64,000 nucleotides of DNA from an uncultured Anaerolinea sp. (GTDB lineage Bacteria > Chloroflexota > Anaerolineae > Anaerolineales > Anaerolineaceae), in assembly GCA_964483135.1 (NCBI GenBank), contig CAZAAJ010000002.1, positions 6,511-70,510 of the forward strand, read 5' to 3'. Of the stretch, positions 53,348-63,866 are shown one piece after another. The position numbers and the translations under genes were made by a program. Every line of letters starts with the position of its first letter. Positions within the stretch are counted from its first letter, which is position 1. Under the pieces are notes generated by a model. That model had not been told where the DNA came from and did no database searches. It saw only the letters and a program-made list of their open reading frames with translations.

Positions 53348-54997
53348 CTATTTTCCGTTTATCGTAATTTCTACAGCCTTTTTATGAATGTTCGAATGAA
53401 GGTTTGCCCAATCCAGGGGTTCCCCTACCAGGTAACGGAAGGAATTGCCATACCTGCGTTTACCTTCTTTGCTGAAAACCTGAGAGATCTTGTGATCCTC
53501 ATAATCCTGCCATAGTTTTATGTGCCACGGGAAAGGCAGCGGAAAAGTGTAAAAGAAATGATAGGCGTACTTCCACGCCAGGCTGACTTGTTCCTTGGTT
53601 AACCTGAATTGCTTTGGCTTTGCCAGCATCGTTCCCAGCAGTTTGAAATATTCCACCCAGCTGGCTGGGTCGTAGGTAAAACCGCGCTCGCGGTAATGGG
53701 TTTTGCCCGCCACAACCACTGGAAGACCTTTTAAAGCCATTTCGAGGCCAACCGTGGTGGTGTATACCAATCCAATATCAGATATGCTCATCAGGTCATA
53801 GGTGTTGACCTTCTCTTCAGGATGAATCACATGGATGTATTCAGGCAATTCAGGTAAAGTCTGCCTGACCACATCTACCATGGAACACTCGCGGGTGAGG
53901 ATCTCGCCGGGATGGATGCGTATGACCAGCTGGATATCCGGTCTGCCGATGAAATAAAGGATGGTACGGCTTACCCAGTCTGCCATCGTCTTGCTGAATA
54001 CCTGTCGGCCGAGCGTAAGGCTGTCGCCTAAAACATTGGTTGCCAGCATTACAATTGGACGGTTATCCAGTTTTAATGCCTGCCGAACGGATTCATCACC
54101 TTGCGCCGGTGTGCTCTGCCACTGCCGGGTGAAATTTTCGCTGGTTTTTGCCTGCTGGCGGCTCTCAAATAATGCCTGGATGCGACCTAATTGTTCCTTG
54201 GTCAGTTTGGTATCTTTCCAGGCAGCCCACATGTTGGTAGTATCCTGCCGCATGATTTCTGAGTTTTGTCCCAGCCAGAAAGCTTCCTTCTGGTCACTGA
54301 ACTCATAGGTCATCACCGGGATCTTCAGGAATCTGGCAATGCGGTAGACTATTCCGAATTCGAGAATGGTCCCATTTGGAACTACTACCACGTCCGGTTT
54401 GTTGGTTCGCAGCCAATCCAATACCGATTGTGCGGCTTCCAGGTTGCGTTTGTACCGGAATTGATAAGTAGGCCATTCTGATTCAACTTCTTCAATCTGA
54501 AGAGTATATTGAGTATCGAACGTAGTCACTTCTTTGACCGCGTCCATGATTGCTTTGGGAAGAACAGTATAGACTGCCCGGTTTGAAAGGAAAGAGACTG
54601 TTTTGATCAACGGAGAGGCTGCCTGCATCACCTTTTGGGTGTACAGGTTTTGGCGTCGAATATCAAACTTATCCTGGTCCTGGTGCCAATCAGCATAGGG
54701 ATAATAACCAAGCGTCACTTCATTATTATCAGCAGCCAACCCGATGGCGGTTACAGTTGCCTGTTCTATCCAATAGTGCATGGCCGCGAAAACAAATACC
54801 TTCTTACCGGTGAATTTTGCGGTCTTCTTTGCTGCCTTTGCCTCTGTCACAAGTTCAGGCAATACTTCCTGCAGCCTCTTTAGTGCGAAACGGGTATTGA
54901 CCCCATTGGCATTTCGCCTGACCAGCCAGTAAAGTTCTGCGGTCAGAGGGATATTACCAAGGAGTTTCTTGAACGTACTTGATTTTTCATCAGCCAT
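53348..54997 (-). CDS. GT-B-like protein, capsule-biosynthesis (KpsC/KpsS)-like paralogue
   Basis: Start at the ATG at 54997 (MADEKSST), overlapping the wzt stop by 1 nt. The motifs IRIHPGEI and VYTTTVGLEMALKGLPVV are shared with 34126..35742. Confidence 0.5.
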   Translation of the reverse strand: MADEKSSTFKKLLGNIPLTAELYWLVRRNANGVNTRFALKRLQEVLPELVTEAKAAKKTAKFTGKKVFVFAAMHYWIEQATVTAIGLAADNNEVTLGYYPYADWHQDQDKFDIRRQNLYTQKVMQAASPLIKTVSFLSNRAVYTVLPKAIMDAVKEVTTFDTQYTLQIEEVESEWPTYQFRYKRNLEAAQSVLDWLRTNKPDVVVVPNGTILEFGIVYRIARFLKIPVMTYEFSDQKEAFWLGQNSEIMRQDTTNMWAAWKDTKLTKEQLGRIQALFESRQQAKTSENFTRQWQSTPAQGDESVRQALKLDNRPIVMLATNVLGDSLTLGRQVFSKTMADWVSRTILYFIGRPDIQLVIRIHPGEILTRECSMVDVVRQTLPELPEYIHVIHPEEKVNTYDLMSISDIGLVYTTTVGLEMALKGLPVVVAGKTHYRERGFTYDPASWVEYFKLLGTMLAKPKQFRLTKEQVSLAWKYAYHFFYTFPLPFPWHIKLWQDYEDHKISQVFSKEGKRRYGNSFRYLVGEPLDWANLHSNIHKKAVEITINGK

Positions 54998-56259
54998 TAT
55001 TTTTCCTCGATCTGCCACTCCAGGCGGGGTCGTGTGACCCCCTGGCGGCTTTCTGCCCACTGCATGCCCGGGGCACCGGCAGGATTAACATTAAAAACTA
55101 CTGCGTTTGCATCATGAAAATAGCGTTTCACTCGAAAGACGCTGGCGTTCATACCGATCACAAACCGACCTTCATTCAACATATCCGCAGGCAGCCGCAC
55201 CCGGCTGATGTACCGCCCCGCCTTGCGCATGGTCAGGCGATTGAACTGCTCCGGATCGTCTATATCGAAAGAGGTAAAAACGAATTCCCCCCGCATCGAC
55301 ATCAGGTAGATGCCAACCCGCAAGCCGGTTATCGGCGCGTCGAGTTCGTATTCCACTTCGATATACATCGGGTCGATCGACCGGATCGAATCCGTCACCT
55401 GCTTATGATGATTGAGGACCCGCATCGCCACCGGCCGGAAAGGTTTTGCTCCCGCTTCGATCTCGGAAGGTTTCCAGCGGCGCTCTCCGCCTTTCTCGTA
55501 ATCATGAGAAAGGTAGTAATCAACCGCTTCCTGGCTGGGGGCGCGCATGAGCATTTTACCGTGTTCCAGGATGATACATTCTTTCGTCAGGCGGGTAACC
55601 GCCGACATGTTGTGCGATACAAACAATACCGTTCGTCCTTCACCAGCCACGTCGCTCATTTTTCCAAGGCATTTCTTCTGGAATTCGGCATCGCCCACCG
55701 CGAGGACCTCATCAACGATGAGGATTTCCGGTTCGAGGTGAGCTGAAACTGCGAAAGCCAGGCGCATATACATGCCACTGGAATAACGCTTTACCGGTGT
55801 ATCAATGAATTGACCAATATCCGAGAATGCCACGATCTCATCGAATTTCTTCTGGATCTCGCTCTTCTTCATCCCGAGGATGGCGCCATTGAGGTACACA
55901 TTCTCCCGCCCGGTCAATTCCGGGTGGAATCCGGTACCTACTTCCAGCAGCGAACCCACTCGTCCGCGGATTTCAGCTTTGCCTTCAGTGGGTTCCACAA
56001 CTCGCGAAAGGATCTTGAGCAAAGTGGACTTGCCAGCTCCGTTCTTGCCAATCACCCCCAGAACCATGCCTTTTTCCACATCAAAGCTGATATCTCGAAG
56101 CGCCCAAAAGGTTTCACTGCCGGTGGGATTGAACAGGGCCTTGATCGGACTTCGCACGACCTCAACAATCTTTTCACGTAAGGTGGTGTATTTGTTCACC
56201 TCAGAAAAGATGCGGTATTGTTTGCCGATTCCAGCGACTGTAATTGCGTAATTGCTCAT
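54997..56259 (-). CDS. wzt: Polysaccharide/teichoic-acid ABC exporter ATP-binding protein (Wzt/TagH type) with C-terminal extension
   Basis: 420 aa. Walker A GKNGAGKST, signature YSSGMYMRL and Walker B ILIVDEVL. An extra C-terminal domain of about 170 aa follows the NBD. Confidence 0.9.
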   Translation of the reverse strand: MSNYAITVAGIGKQYRIFSEVNKYTTLREKIVEVVRSPIKALFNPTGSETFWALRDISFDVEKGMVLGVIGKNGAGKSTLLKILSRVVEPTEGKAEIRGRVGSLLEVGTGFHPELTGRENVYLNGAILGMKKSEIQKKFDEIVAFSDIGQFIDTPVKRYSSGMYMRLAFAVSAHLEPEILIVDEVLAVGDAEFQKKCLGKMSDVAGEGRTVLFVSHNMSAVTRLTKECIILEHGKMLMRAPSQEAVDYYLSHDYEKGGERRWKPSEIEAGAKPFRPVAMRVLNHHKQVTDSIRSIDPMYIEVEYELDAPITGLRVGIYLMSMRGEFVFTSFDIDDPEQFNRLTMRKAGRYISRVRLPADMLNEGRFVIGMNASVFRVKRYFHDANAVVFNVNPAGAPGMQWAESRQGVTRPRLEWQIEEK

Positions 56260-56266
56260 GGATTTC

Positions 56267-57121
56267 CTATATCATGTCCGCAAAAATTCGTTCCATGCGG
56301 CGGAAGAAATAAAGACCACTAATGAATATCATGAGAGAGATCGTACCTGAAATTGCCAGGCTGGAGAAAGAGATGGTTTCCGGCTGACCCAGCAGCGCCC
56401 AGCGGAACCCAGTTACGACCCCTGCCATCGGGTTGATCGAATACAACCACTGCCACTTTTCCGGGATCAAGGTGGCAGAATAAACCACCGGTGAAACAAA
56501 CTTCCAGATCTCGGTGATAAATGGCAGCATATAGTTCACATCCCGATACATCACCAGGAGTGCCGAGAACCACAATCCCACCCCTATGGCAGTGATCATT
56601 GCCAGCAGGATAAAGACCGGCAGCCACAATGTGTTAATGGTGGGCGTGATCTGGTAGTAGATCATCATGCCAATAAGAATGGTGAAGGCGATTAGAAAAT
56701 CTACCAGGTTGGCGAACACAGAAGACAACGGCACGATGATGCGTGGGAAGTAGATCTTGGAGACCATTCCACCGCTTTGCAGCATGGAGCGGGCAGAAAC
56801 CTCGAGGGCTGCCGCGAAGAAACCCCAGGGCAGCAATCCTGTGTAAGAGAAGATGGGATAAGGGATACCATCAGATGGAATCTTGGCCAACTGACCAAAG
56901 AAAATGGTGAAAACCACCATGTTCATAAAAGGTTTGAGAAGCGCCCACAGGACTCCCAGTACAGATTGCTTGTAACGCACTTTGAGATCGCGCCAGGTGA
57001 GGAAATAGACTAGCTCGCGATAATGCCAGAGGTCCTTCAAGTTCAAAGGAACCCAGCCTTTCACGGGTTTGATCGTCACCAATTCAGGCAGCCGGTCGCC
57101 TTCAAGCGCTTTTTGTTTCAT
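56267..57121 (-). CDS. wzm: ABC-2 type polysaccharide exporter permease (Wzm/TagG type)
   Basis: 284 aa, six TM segments, with an N-terminal YRELVYFLTWRDLKVRYKQSVLG motif characteristic of Wzm/TagG/KpsM. Confidence 0.88.
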   Translation of the reverse strand: MKQKALEGDRLPELVTIKPVKGWVPLNLKDLWHYRELVYFLTWRDLKVRYKQSVLGVLWALLKPFMNMVVFTIFFGQLAKIPSDGIPYPIFSYTGLLPWGFFAAALEVSARSMLQSGGMVSKIYFPRIIVPLSSVFANLVDFLIAFTILIGMMIYYQITPTINTLWLPVFILLAMITAIGVGLWFSALLVMYRDVNYMLPFITEIWKFVSPVVYSATLIPEKWQWLYSINPMAGVVTGFRWALLGQPETISFSSLAISGTISLMIFISGLYFFRRMERIFADMI

Positions 57122-58557
<1,436 letters not shown>

Positions 58558-58568
58558 GCGTCTCCAAT

Positions 58569-58610
58569 ATTCAACTGTTGAATTATAAACTAACCCTGTT
58601 TTGTGGTCAA
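58569..58610 (-). promoter_or_regulatory. Consensus promoter plus 15-bp palindromic operator upstream of the regulator/fcl/wzm operon
   Basis: Minus strand TTGACC (58610-58605), 17 nt, then TATAAT (58587-58582). The perfect palindrome ATTCAAC-N-GTTGAAT (58569-58583) overlaps the -10 element and the start-site region. GGAG lies 4 nt before the ATG. Confidence 0.6.
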
Positions 58611-58613
58611 GGG

Positions 58614-58639
58614 AAAAAACAAAATCGCCAAAAGGCGAT
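58614..58639 (-). terminator. Rho-independent terminator after the Ig-like/zinc-ribbon gene
   Basis: Minus strand ATCGCC TTTT GGCGAT followed by TTTGTTTTTT, 47 nt after the stop at 58686. Confidence 0.65.
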
Positions 58640-58685
58640 CGTGTTTTTATTTTGAATTGATGGGACATCCCTGGAAGGAGGTAAT

Positions 58686-59441
58686 CTACATGTTTTGATA
58701 CCTCGAATCGTCTATTCCCCTGCGCAGTTTTTCTTCTTCAGATAACTCAGGGAGCTGCGTGGTTTCTTCCACGATTTCCGCCTGTTCTGCAGCATGAAGT
58801 TCGTTGAGAGTTGCGCGCCGGACAATGCTCCACTTGCCGCAATGAGGGCAGGGGGTCAGTTTTCCCACAAGCATATTCAGACTTAATAGTTGAAAACCAA
58901 AAGGTCGATGACATTTGGGGCAGATTCCTCCGCCATACGTATAACTGCGGGGAGCACCTAATGGTTGTTTTATTCCTTTTCGTCTTGATATCAATGGGAA
59001 TAGCGCTCCGACCAGGATGGAACCAAACACAACCACCAGGATAGGCACAACCATTTTCAGCATCGTCTGGTTACTCTCACCTTTTGAAATGAAGAGCGCG
59101 CTGATCGTGGTTGATTCCAGCTTTTCGCCATCGGATGTATAACCAACTGCGTGAAGTATATGTGATCCAACCGGATAGTTATCCGTCACAAATTGTAGCG
59201 CAAACGGAGCGCTGGTATCCTCCCCTATCAGCGTGTCATCAAGGTAGAACTCAACCCGGGAAAGGGTCGAAGGTCCAGAGGCTTTTATCGAAAAGGTTCC
59301 CTGGATGTCGCCATTGAATCCACCATAGCCAAAATCCCGCGAGAGGCTGATCGTTAGCCCTTCACTTTGAGCAGAAACAGCCGTAATGATAAATAAGCAT
59401 GCGACGATAGGGAGAAAAGAGAGGAGTTTTATTTTTTTCAT
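58686..59441 (-). CDS. Single-pass membrane protein: signal peptide, Ig-like ectodomain, TM helix, cytoplasmic CxxC...CxxC zinc ribbon
   Basis: 251 aa. Signal peptide MKKIKLLSFLPIVACLFIITAVSAQS, a beta-rich ectodomain of about 110 aa, TM MVVPILVVVFGSILVGALFPLI, then CPKCHRPF...CPHCGKW and an acidic tail. Confidence 0.6.
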   Translation of the reverse strand: MKKIKLLSFLPIVACLFIITAVSAQSEGLTISLSRDFGYGGFNGDIQGTFSIKASGPSTLSRVEFYLDDTLIGEDTSAPFALQFVTDNYPVGSHILHAVGYTSDGEKLESTTISALFISKGESNQTMLKMVVPILVVVFGSILVGALFPLISRRKGIKQPLGAPRSYTYGGGICPKCHRPFGFQLLSLNMLVGKLTPCPHCGKWSIVRRATLNELHAAEQAEIVEETTQLPELSEEEKLRRGIDDSRYQNM

Positions 59442-59444
59442 GGG

Positions 59445-60251
59445 TCACTTCCATCGGGTAAGGATTGATTCGCGATCAAACACCTGGGTCGCAAAGTACA
59501 ACATTAATGCATCCAACGCGATCATCACAAAAGCCACGATCAAAATCAGTTGTGTATTGAGCACAAAAACGCCAGCCACCTGTCCAAAAAAACCGCCCAG
59601 CACTGGAATAATGATGACCATAGATATTTGCTCAGCCACGCGGGGATCGTTCACCCGCGAGGAAACCATCATGGCAAAGGTGGTCGCAAGCAGCGCCAGC
59701 AACGGTCCAACCAGGAATATGGCAATCAGCCATCTGTGTTCAAAAAATGCGGCAAGCATGTTCTTGTTGGAAATTAATAGAAACGCGCCTGCGGAAAAAA
59801 CCCCGTATGCAGCATAGGTGGCTGCCACCGCCGGGATAACCGCAGCCAGGCATTTACCGACAAGTAACTCCACTGTAGTAATGGGAGTGGCTAATAATGG
59901 TTCGAGACTGCGGGTTGTTTTTTCACCCACGATCGAATAAGCCGCGATTGTTCCTGGGATGGCTACCGGGATAAGCATGAAAAGCATCATGAACTGGCTC
60001 ACCATGTATACCTGGAAGCATTCCGATCCCGTCAACCCCGATGGGCAAATCTGTTTGGAGAGCTCCTCCGGCAATTGACCTGCAGTTTGCCCGGCGACCG
60101 TGGCCGTGGAGGAGCCACGCGTACTGAAAAGCATTGCCAGGGGGATAACCACCATGATCAAAGGAAGAAACGCGACGGTAAAGATCACCAACTTGTTTTT
60201 AAAGACTTCCATCCATTCCTTGGTCATTATTGTTTTGATCTTTTTCATCAC
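59445..60251 (-). CDS. ABC-2 family transporter permease
   Basis: 268 aa, six hydrophobic segments with a long first external loop. Sits 4 nt after the ATPase gene. Confidence 0.8.
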   Translation of the reverse strand: MMKKIKTIMTKEWMEVFKNKLVIFTVAFLPLIMVVIPLAMLFSTRGSSTATVAGQTAGQLPEELSKQICPSGLTGSECFQVYMVSQFMMLFMLIPVAIPGTIAAYSIVGEKTTRSLEPLLATPITTVELLVGKCLAAVIPAVAATYAAYGVFSAGAFLLISNKNMLAAFFEHRWLIAIFLVGPLLALLATTFAMMVSSRVNDPRVAEQISMVIIIPVLGGFFGQVAGVFVLNTQLILIVAFVMIALDALMLYFATQVFDRESILTRWK

Positions 60252-60255
60252 AACC

Positions 60256-61164
60256 TCAATTATTTTTGACCAGCTGCAGATAGACTTCTTCCAGCGAATA
60301 TCTTAACTCACCGATAAACTGGATCGAGGCGTTTGCCTTCACCAGCTCCCGGATCAACTCCGGATTATGCATTTCGGGGTCATCCAGTTGAATCACTAAT
60401 TTGTTATCAACAGCCTTGGCATCGGTCACGAAAGGCAATCTTTTAACAACCGGGACAAAACTTTCACTTGAAGTACCAAGGTGAACGATGATTTTCCGGC
60501 CAAAGACAGATTTTCTCAACGCGGTTGGGGTATCCACTACCAGCAAGTGAGTCTTGAAGACTCCTACTCTGTCGCATAATCGGTCTGCCTCGTCGAGGTT
60601 ATGCGTGCATAAAAAGATCGTCCTGCCCTCGCGTTTTAACTCTGAGATAAATTCCCTGACCAGGTGCGAGGCTTCAGGATCGAGACCAGAAGTCGGCTCA
60701 TCGAGGAAAAGCAGCCGGGGTTCGTGAAGCAGTGCCCTGGCAATGGCTAGTTTCTGCTTCATGCCTTTCGAGAAAGTCCCTGCGGCATCTTCACGGCGTT
60801 CCCACAAGCCCAGCATTTTCAGGTATTTTTCAACCTGCCCGCGGACATCTTTAACCTCGTACAATTCCGCAAAGATATGTAAATTGGTTTCGGCTGACAA
60901 GTTGTCATACATCCCCGGAGTCTCGGTCAAAAGCCCAACATTACGGCGGATATCAACATCCTGTTTGCCAACAGTAAACCCTGCCACAGTCGCGGATCCC
61001 TCGCTAGGGGCGATCAGACTGGCTAACATACGCACTGTAGTAGTCTTGCCGGCTCCGTTGGGACCAAGAAAGCCGAACACTTCACCTTCACGGACGTCCA
61101 GGTCCAGTTTATTTACCGCCAGGACGCTCCCAAAACGTTTTGTAAGGTTTTCGGTATGGATCAT
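60256..61164 (-). CDS. ABC transporter ATP-binding protein (ABC-2/DrrA-like exporter subfamily)
   Basis: 302 aa. Walker A GPNGAGKTT, signature FSKGMKQK and Walker B LLFLDEPTSGLD. Confidence 0.92.
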   Translation of the reverse strand: MIHTENLTKRFGSVLAVNKLDLDVREGEVFGFLGPNGAGKTTTVRMLASLIAPSEGSATVAGFTVGKQDVDIRRNVGLLTETPGMYDNLSAETNLHIFAELYEVKDVRGQVEKYLKMLGLWERREDAAGTFSKGMKQKLAIARALLHEPRLLFLDEPTSGLDPEASHLVREFISELKREGRTIFLCTHNLDEADRLCDRVGVFKTHLLVVDTPTALRKSVFGRKIIVHLGTSSESFVPVVKRLPFVTDAKAVDNKLVIQLDDPEMHNPELIRELVKANASIQFIGELRYSLEEVYLQLVKNN

Positions 61165-61171
61165 CGGTCAC

Positions 61172-62038
61172 CTATGTGTATTTCGAATTGTCCAATTGCT
61201 CGTTTGATAGCTCAATATTATCCGGTTTTTGGACTGGAGCAACAACGTCCACTTCCTTTGCTTCCGGTTCTGGTTCAGGTTTTCTCAAAGAAAAGATAAT
61301 GAAAAAGCTGATCAGGGCAAAAACACCGACCAAGCCCTCCACCCAGTAAGCATTCGTCAATTGTAAGGCAACTAAAGCGGCAGCATCGACTATTGCATGG
61401 TAAAGGATTGCCAGAAATACCCAGCCGGCCTGTTTCCGTACAAATACCTGCAGCACAAGGACAGAAAAAGAGAGCTGGATCACAATGGTGAACAAGCGCT
61501 CTACCGCTCCCAACAGGGAGTCATACCATGTGGCGGACCAGTACGCACTGACCTGAGCCTGCGCTTGCACCAGGGTGTCCCCTGTGTAAAGGGTGGAAAG
61601 ATCAACATTCCTCATGGCAGTTAATTGGAAGAAAGCCAGCAACGCCAGTCCGCCGAGGATGATAGCTTCCACGCCACCGTGACCCGCCCCCGCAAGCACT
61701 GCTTTCTTCCAGGAACGAGCATCTTTCAACCACCAGCGATACATGCCATAACGGAATAATTCCTCAAATAGTCCGGCGCTTAATCCCAGGAAGACTGCAT
61801 TGAAGAATAATGCGTTTTGTGTTGACAGTGTCGCCAGGGAAGTTTTGTTCAAGAGCGTCGTCATCAATGAGTTGAACGGGATGTGCCCCACCTGGGAAAG
61901 TATGAACGTGGCGCCGCCCACCAGCCAGAATCGCCAGCTCAGTTTCCATTTTTTCACCAGGAAAATCGCCAACGCAACCGGTATGCCAATCATTAAGAAG
62001 GCGTTTAGAAAGTGAATAAAAAGAGTAAGATTCATCAC
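61172..62038 (-). CDS. YhfC-family (CPBP-related) intramembrane metalloprotease
   Basis: 288 aa, polytopic. GLFEELFRYG (EExxR-type), GAGHGGVEAI and AVERLFTIVIQ motifs match what I recall for YhfC/DUF2324. Confidence 0.62.
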   Translation of the reverse strand: MMNLTLFIHFLNAFLMIGIPVALAIFLVKKWKLSWRFWLVGGATFILSQVGHIPFNSLMTTLLNKTSLATLSTQNALFFNAVFLGLSAGLFEELFRYGMYRWWLKDARSWKKAVLAGAGHGGVEAIILGGLALLAFFQLTAMRNVDLSTLYTGDTLVQAQAQVSAYWSATWYDSLLGAVERLFTIVIQLSFSVLVLQVFVRKQAGWVFLAILYHAIVDAAALVALQLTNAYWVEGLVGVFALISFFIIFSLRKPEPEPEAKEVDVVAPVQKPDNIELSNEQLDNSKYT

Positions 62039-62211
62039 AACCTGCTTAGCTTAGTATTTAAACAGGAACCCTGTGAATTATACACAGGGTTTCGAAATGT
62101 ATATATCTCCCACCAGCAGAACAAAACTTTTAATGGTTTTTTTAATGAAATTCCCAGATTAGCCTTAACAAAAATCTTTACTAATTAAAAAAGGGGTCAA
62201 CGAAAGTTACC

Positions 62212-63012
62212 TTACCGAACCTTCTTGTTATCGGATTTGCGGGGGAACCAGGGAATGAAAGCACTGGTGGACTCTATATACTCTTTATAACCTGGTTTAA
62301 CTGACATGGTCTTTTCCAGCAAAGCCACGCCGGACACCCGGAGCAACAAAAAGGTCATCAGGATCGGGCTGAAGACTGACCACCATCCGCCGGCAGAAAG
62401 CGCGATCAGGAAATATCCCCACCACTGTGCGGCATCTCCGAAGTAATTCGGGTGGCGCGAATACCGCCATACGCCCGTGTTTAACACTTTTCCGCGATTT
62501 TCCGGATTTTTTTTAAACTGTGCCAATTGCAGATCACCCATGGCTTCAAAGAAGAACCCGATCACCCAAACTGCAAGACCTGCAAAGTCCAACCAGGTCA
62601 GAAGATCAACCCTGCCAAAATACTGGGCAGCCAGTAATGGTGTTGAGATTATCCACAAGAGGAACCCCTGCAATAAAAACACCTGGAAGAGACTCTTCCA
62701 CCACCATTTTGACCCGTTTTCACCGCGCCATTTCTGGTATCGGAAGTCTTCCCCCTTTCCTTTGTTGCGGAGGAAAACATGGGTAGATAAACGTAATCCC
62801 CAGATGGTCACGAGAATCGCAATCAATAACTTGCGCGGTAGAAAACCATCGGGGGTCAAGAGGAAATATGCCCAACCAGCGATGACGAACCCGCTTCCCC
62901 AAAAAATATCCACGATACTTGAATTCTTAAGTGCCAGGCTTCCCAGCCAGAGCACAATCATCAAGCCCATAATAATCAGCAATCCAATGACAAATACCGA
63001 TAAAAAAGTCAC
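62212..63012 (-). CDS. DUF1295 / steroid-5-alpha-reductase-like membrane protein
   Basis: 266 aa, polytopic. The C-terminal motif GVWRYSRHPNYFGD is typical of DUF1295/ICMT-like reductase/methyltransferase folds. Confidence 0.8.
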   Translation of the reverse strand: MTFLSVFVIGLLIIMGLMIVLWLGSLALKNSSIVDIFWGSGFVIAGWAYFLLTPDGFLPRKLLIAILVTIWGLRLSTHVFLRNKGKGEDFRYQKWRGENGSKWWWKSLFQVFLLQGFLLWIISTPLLAAQYFGRVDLLTWLDFAGLAVWVIGFFFEAMGDLQLAQFKKNPENRGKVLNTGVWRYSRHPNYFGDAAQWWGYFLIALSAGGWWSVFSPILMTFLLLRVSGVALLEKTMSVKPGYKEYIESTSAFIPWFPRKSDNKKVR

Positions 63013-63013
63013 T

Positions 63014-63862
63014 CTATTCTCCAGTTATCTTTTTACTGACGCAGGCAAACCCATAAACTCCCGGACCAAGATGCGCTCCCAGGATGGGATTGAGTACTTC
63101 GACCCATGGGTCAACATCTGACAACATATCACGGATCTCTGACATGAGGATATTTACATTCTCAACGGAGCCGGAATACAATAAGGCGATTTTTTCAAAG
63201 GGTCCGTGGGATTTAAGCATTTCAACCAGGCGATGGATCGCCTTTTTTTGAGTCCTCACTTTTTCGATTCCTGAAACACCTTCATACATCTTCAAAATTG
63301 GTTTAAGTTCCAATAATTCGCCAATGGAGGAAACAACTCTGTTCATCCTGCCGCTCTTGCGCAGGAATTTGAGCGTGTCCAACGCTGCACTTACATAAGT
63401 CCGTTTTAATTGGTCTTCAAGATGTTCAAGAATCTCCTTGACTGTATGCCCTGCTTTCGCCAATTCGGCGGCGGTTTGCACCAGGAACCCGGTCCCCAAA
63501 CTGAGTTGCCTGGAATCGAAAACGGTCACCGGTACCGAGGTGGTTTCAGCAGCGGCGGAACGGGCTACATCGATTACAGCGCTCAAGGTCCTCGAGATGT
63601 GGATTGCCAGGACCTCTGTTGCCCCTTCGTCCGCCAGTGCATCAAACATCGAACGGAACTTTATCATCGAAGGCACTGCAGTCCGTGGATGATCTTTGAA
63701 TTCAGGCAAACGCTTATAAAATTGCTCGCGGGTCATATCGATACCGTCGAGGTAATCCTGTCCGTCAGCATGGATATAAAGTGGTAAAACCCGAATGCCC
63801 AAATCAGATACGACGCTGGTTGGGAGATCACAAGTGCTATCCGTGATCACGCGTACTGTCAT
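63014..63862 (-). CDS. DegV family fatty-acid-binding protein
   Basis: 282 aa, with VITDSTCDLP near the N-terminus, a later GTGF segment and the C-terminal LGAHLGPG. Its stop is 1 nt from the DUF1295 start. Confidence 0.88.
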   Translation of the reverse strand: MTVRVITDSTCDLPTSVVSDLGIRVLPLYIHADGQDYLDGIDMTREQFYKRLPEFKDHPRTAVPSMIKFRSMFDALADEGATEVLAIHISRTLSAVIDVARSAAAETTSVPVTVFDSRQLSLGTGFLVQTAAELAKAGHTVKEILEHLEDQLKRTYVSAALDTLKFLRKSGRMNRVVSSIGELLELKPILKMYEGVSGIEKVRTQKKAIHRLVEMLKSHGPFEKIALLYSGSVENVNILMSEIRDMLSDVDPWVEVLNPILGAHLGPGVYGFACVSKKITGE

Positions 63863-63866
63863 AATT

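Noticed and set aside
54979-55746. 255-aa plus-strand ORF overlapping wzt; also 51005..51634, 50883..51281 and 62477..63121
   Set aside because: All of these are antisense to genes with unambiguous family motifs (Walker A/B, the PseB motifs, DUF1295 RHPNYFGD). They have no start context, and His/Arg/Pro-rich translations typical of non-coding frames.
58558-58668. Longer N-terminus (37 aa) of the wHTH regulator as given in the ORF track
   Set aside because: The extension contains a Rho-independent terminator, a TTGACC-17-TATAAT promoter and a palindromic operator. The ATG at 58557 has a GGAG RBS and yields a normal wHTH N-terminus.
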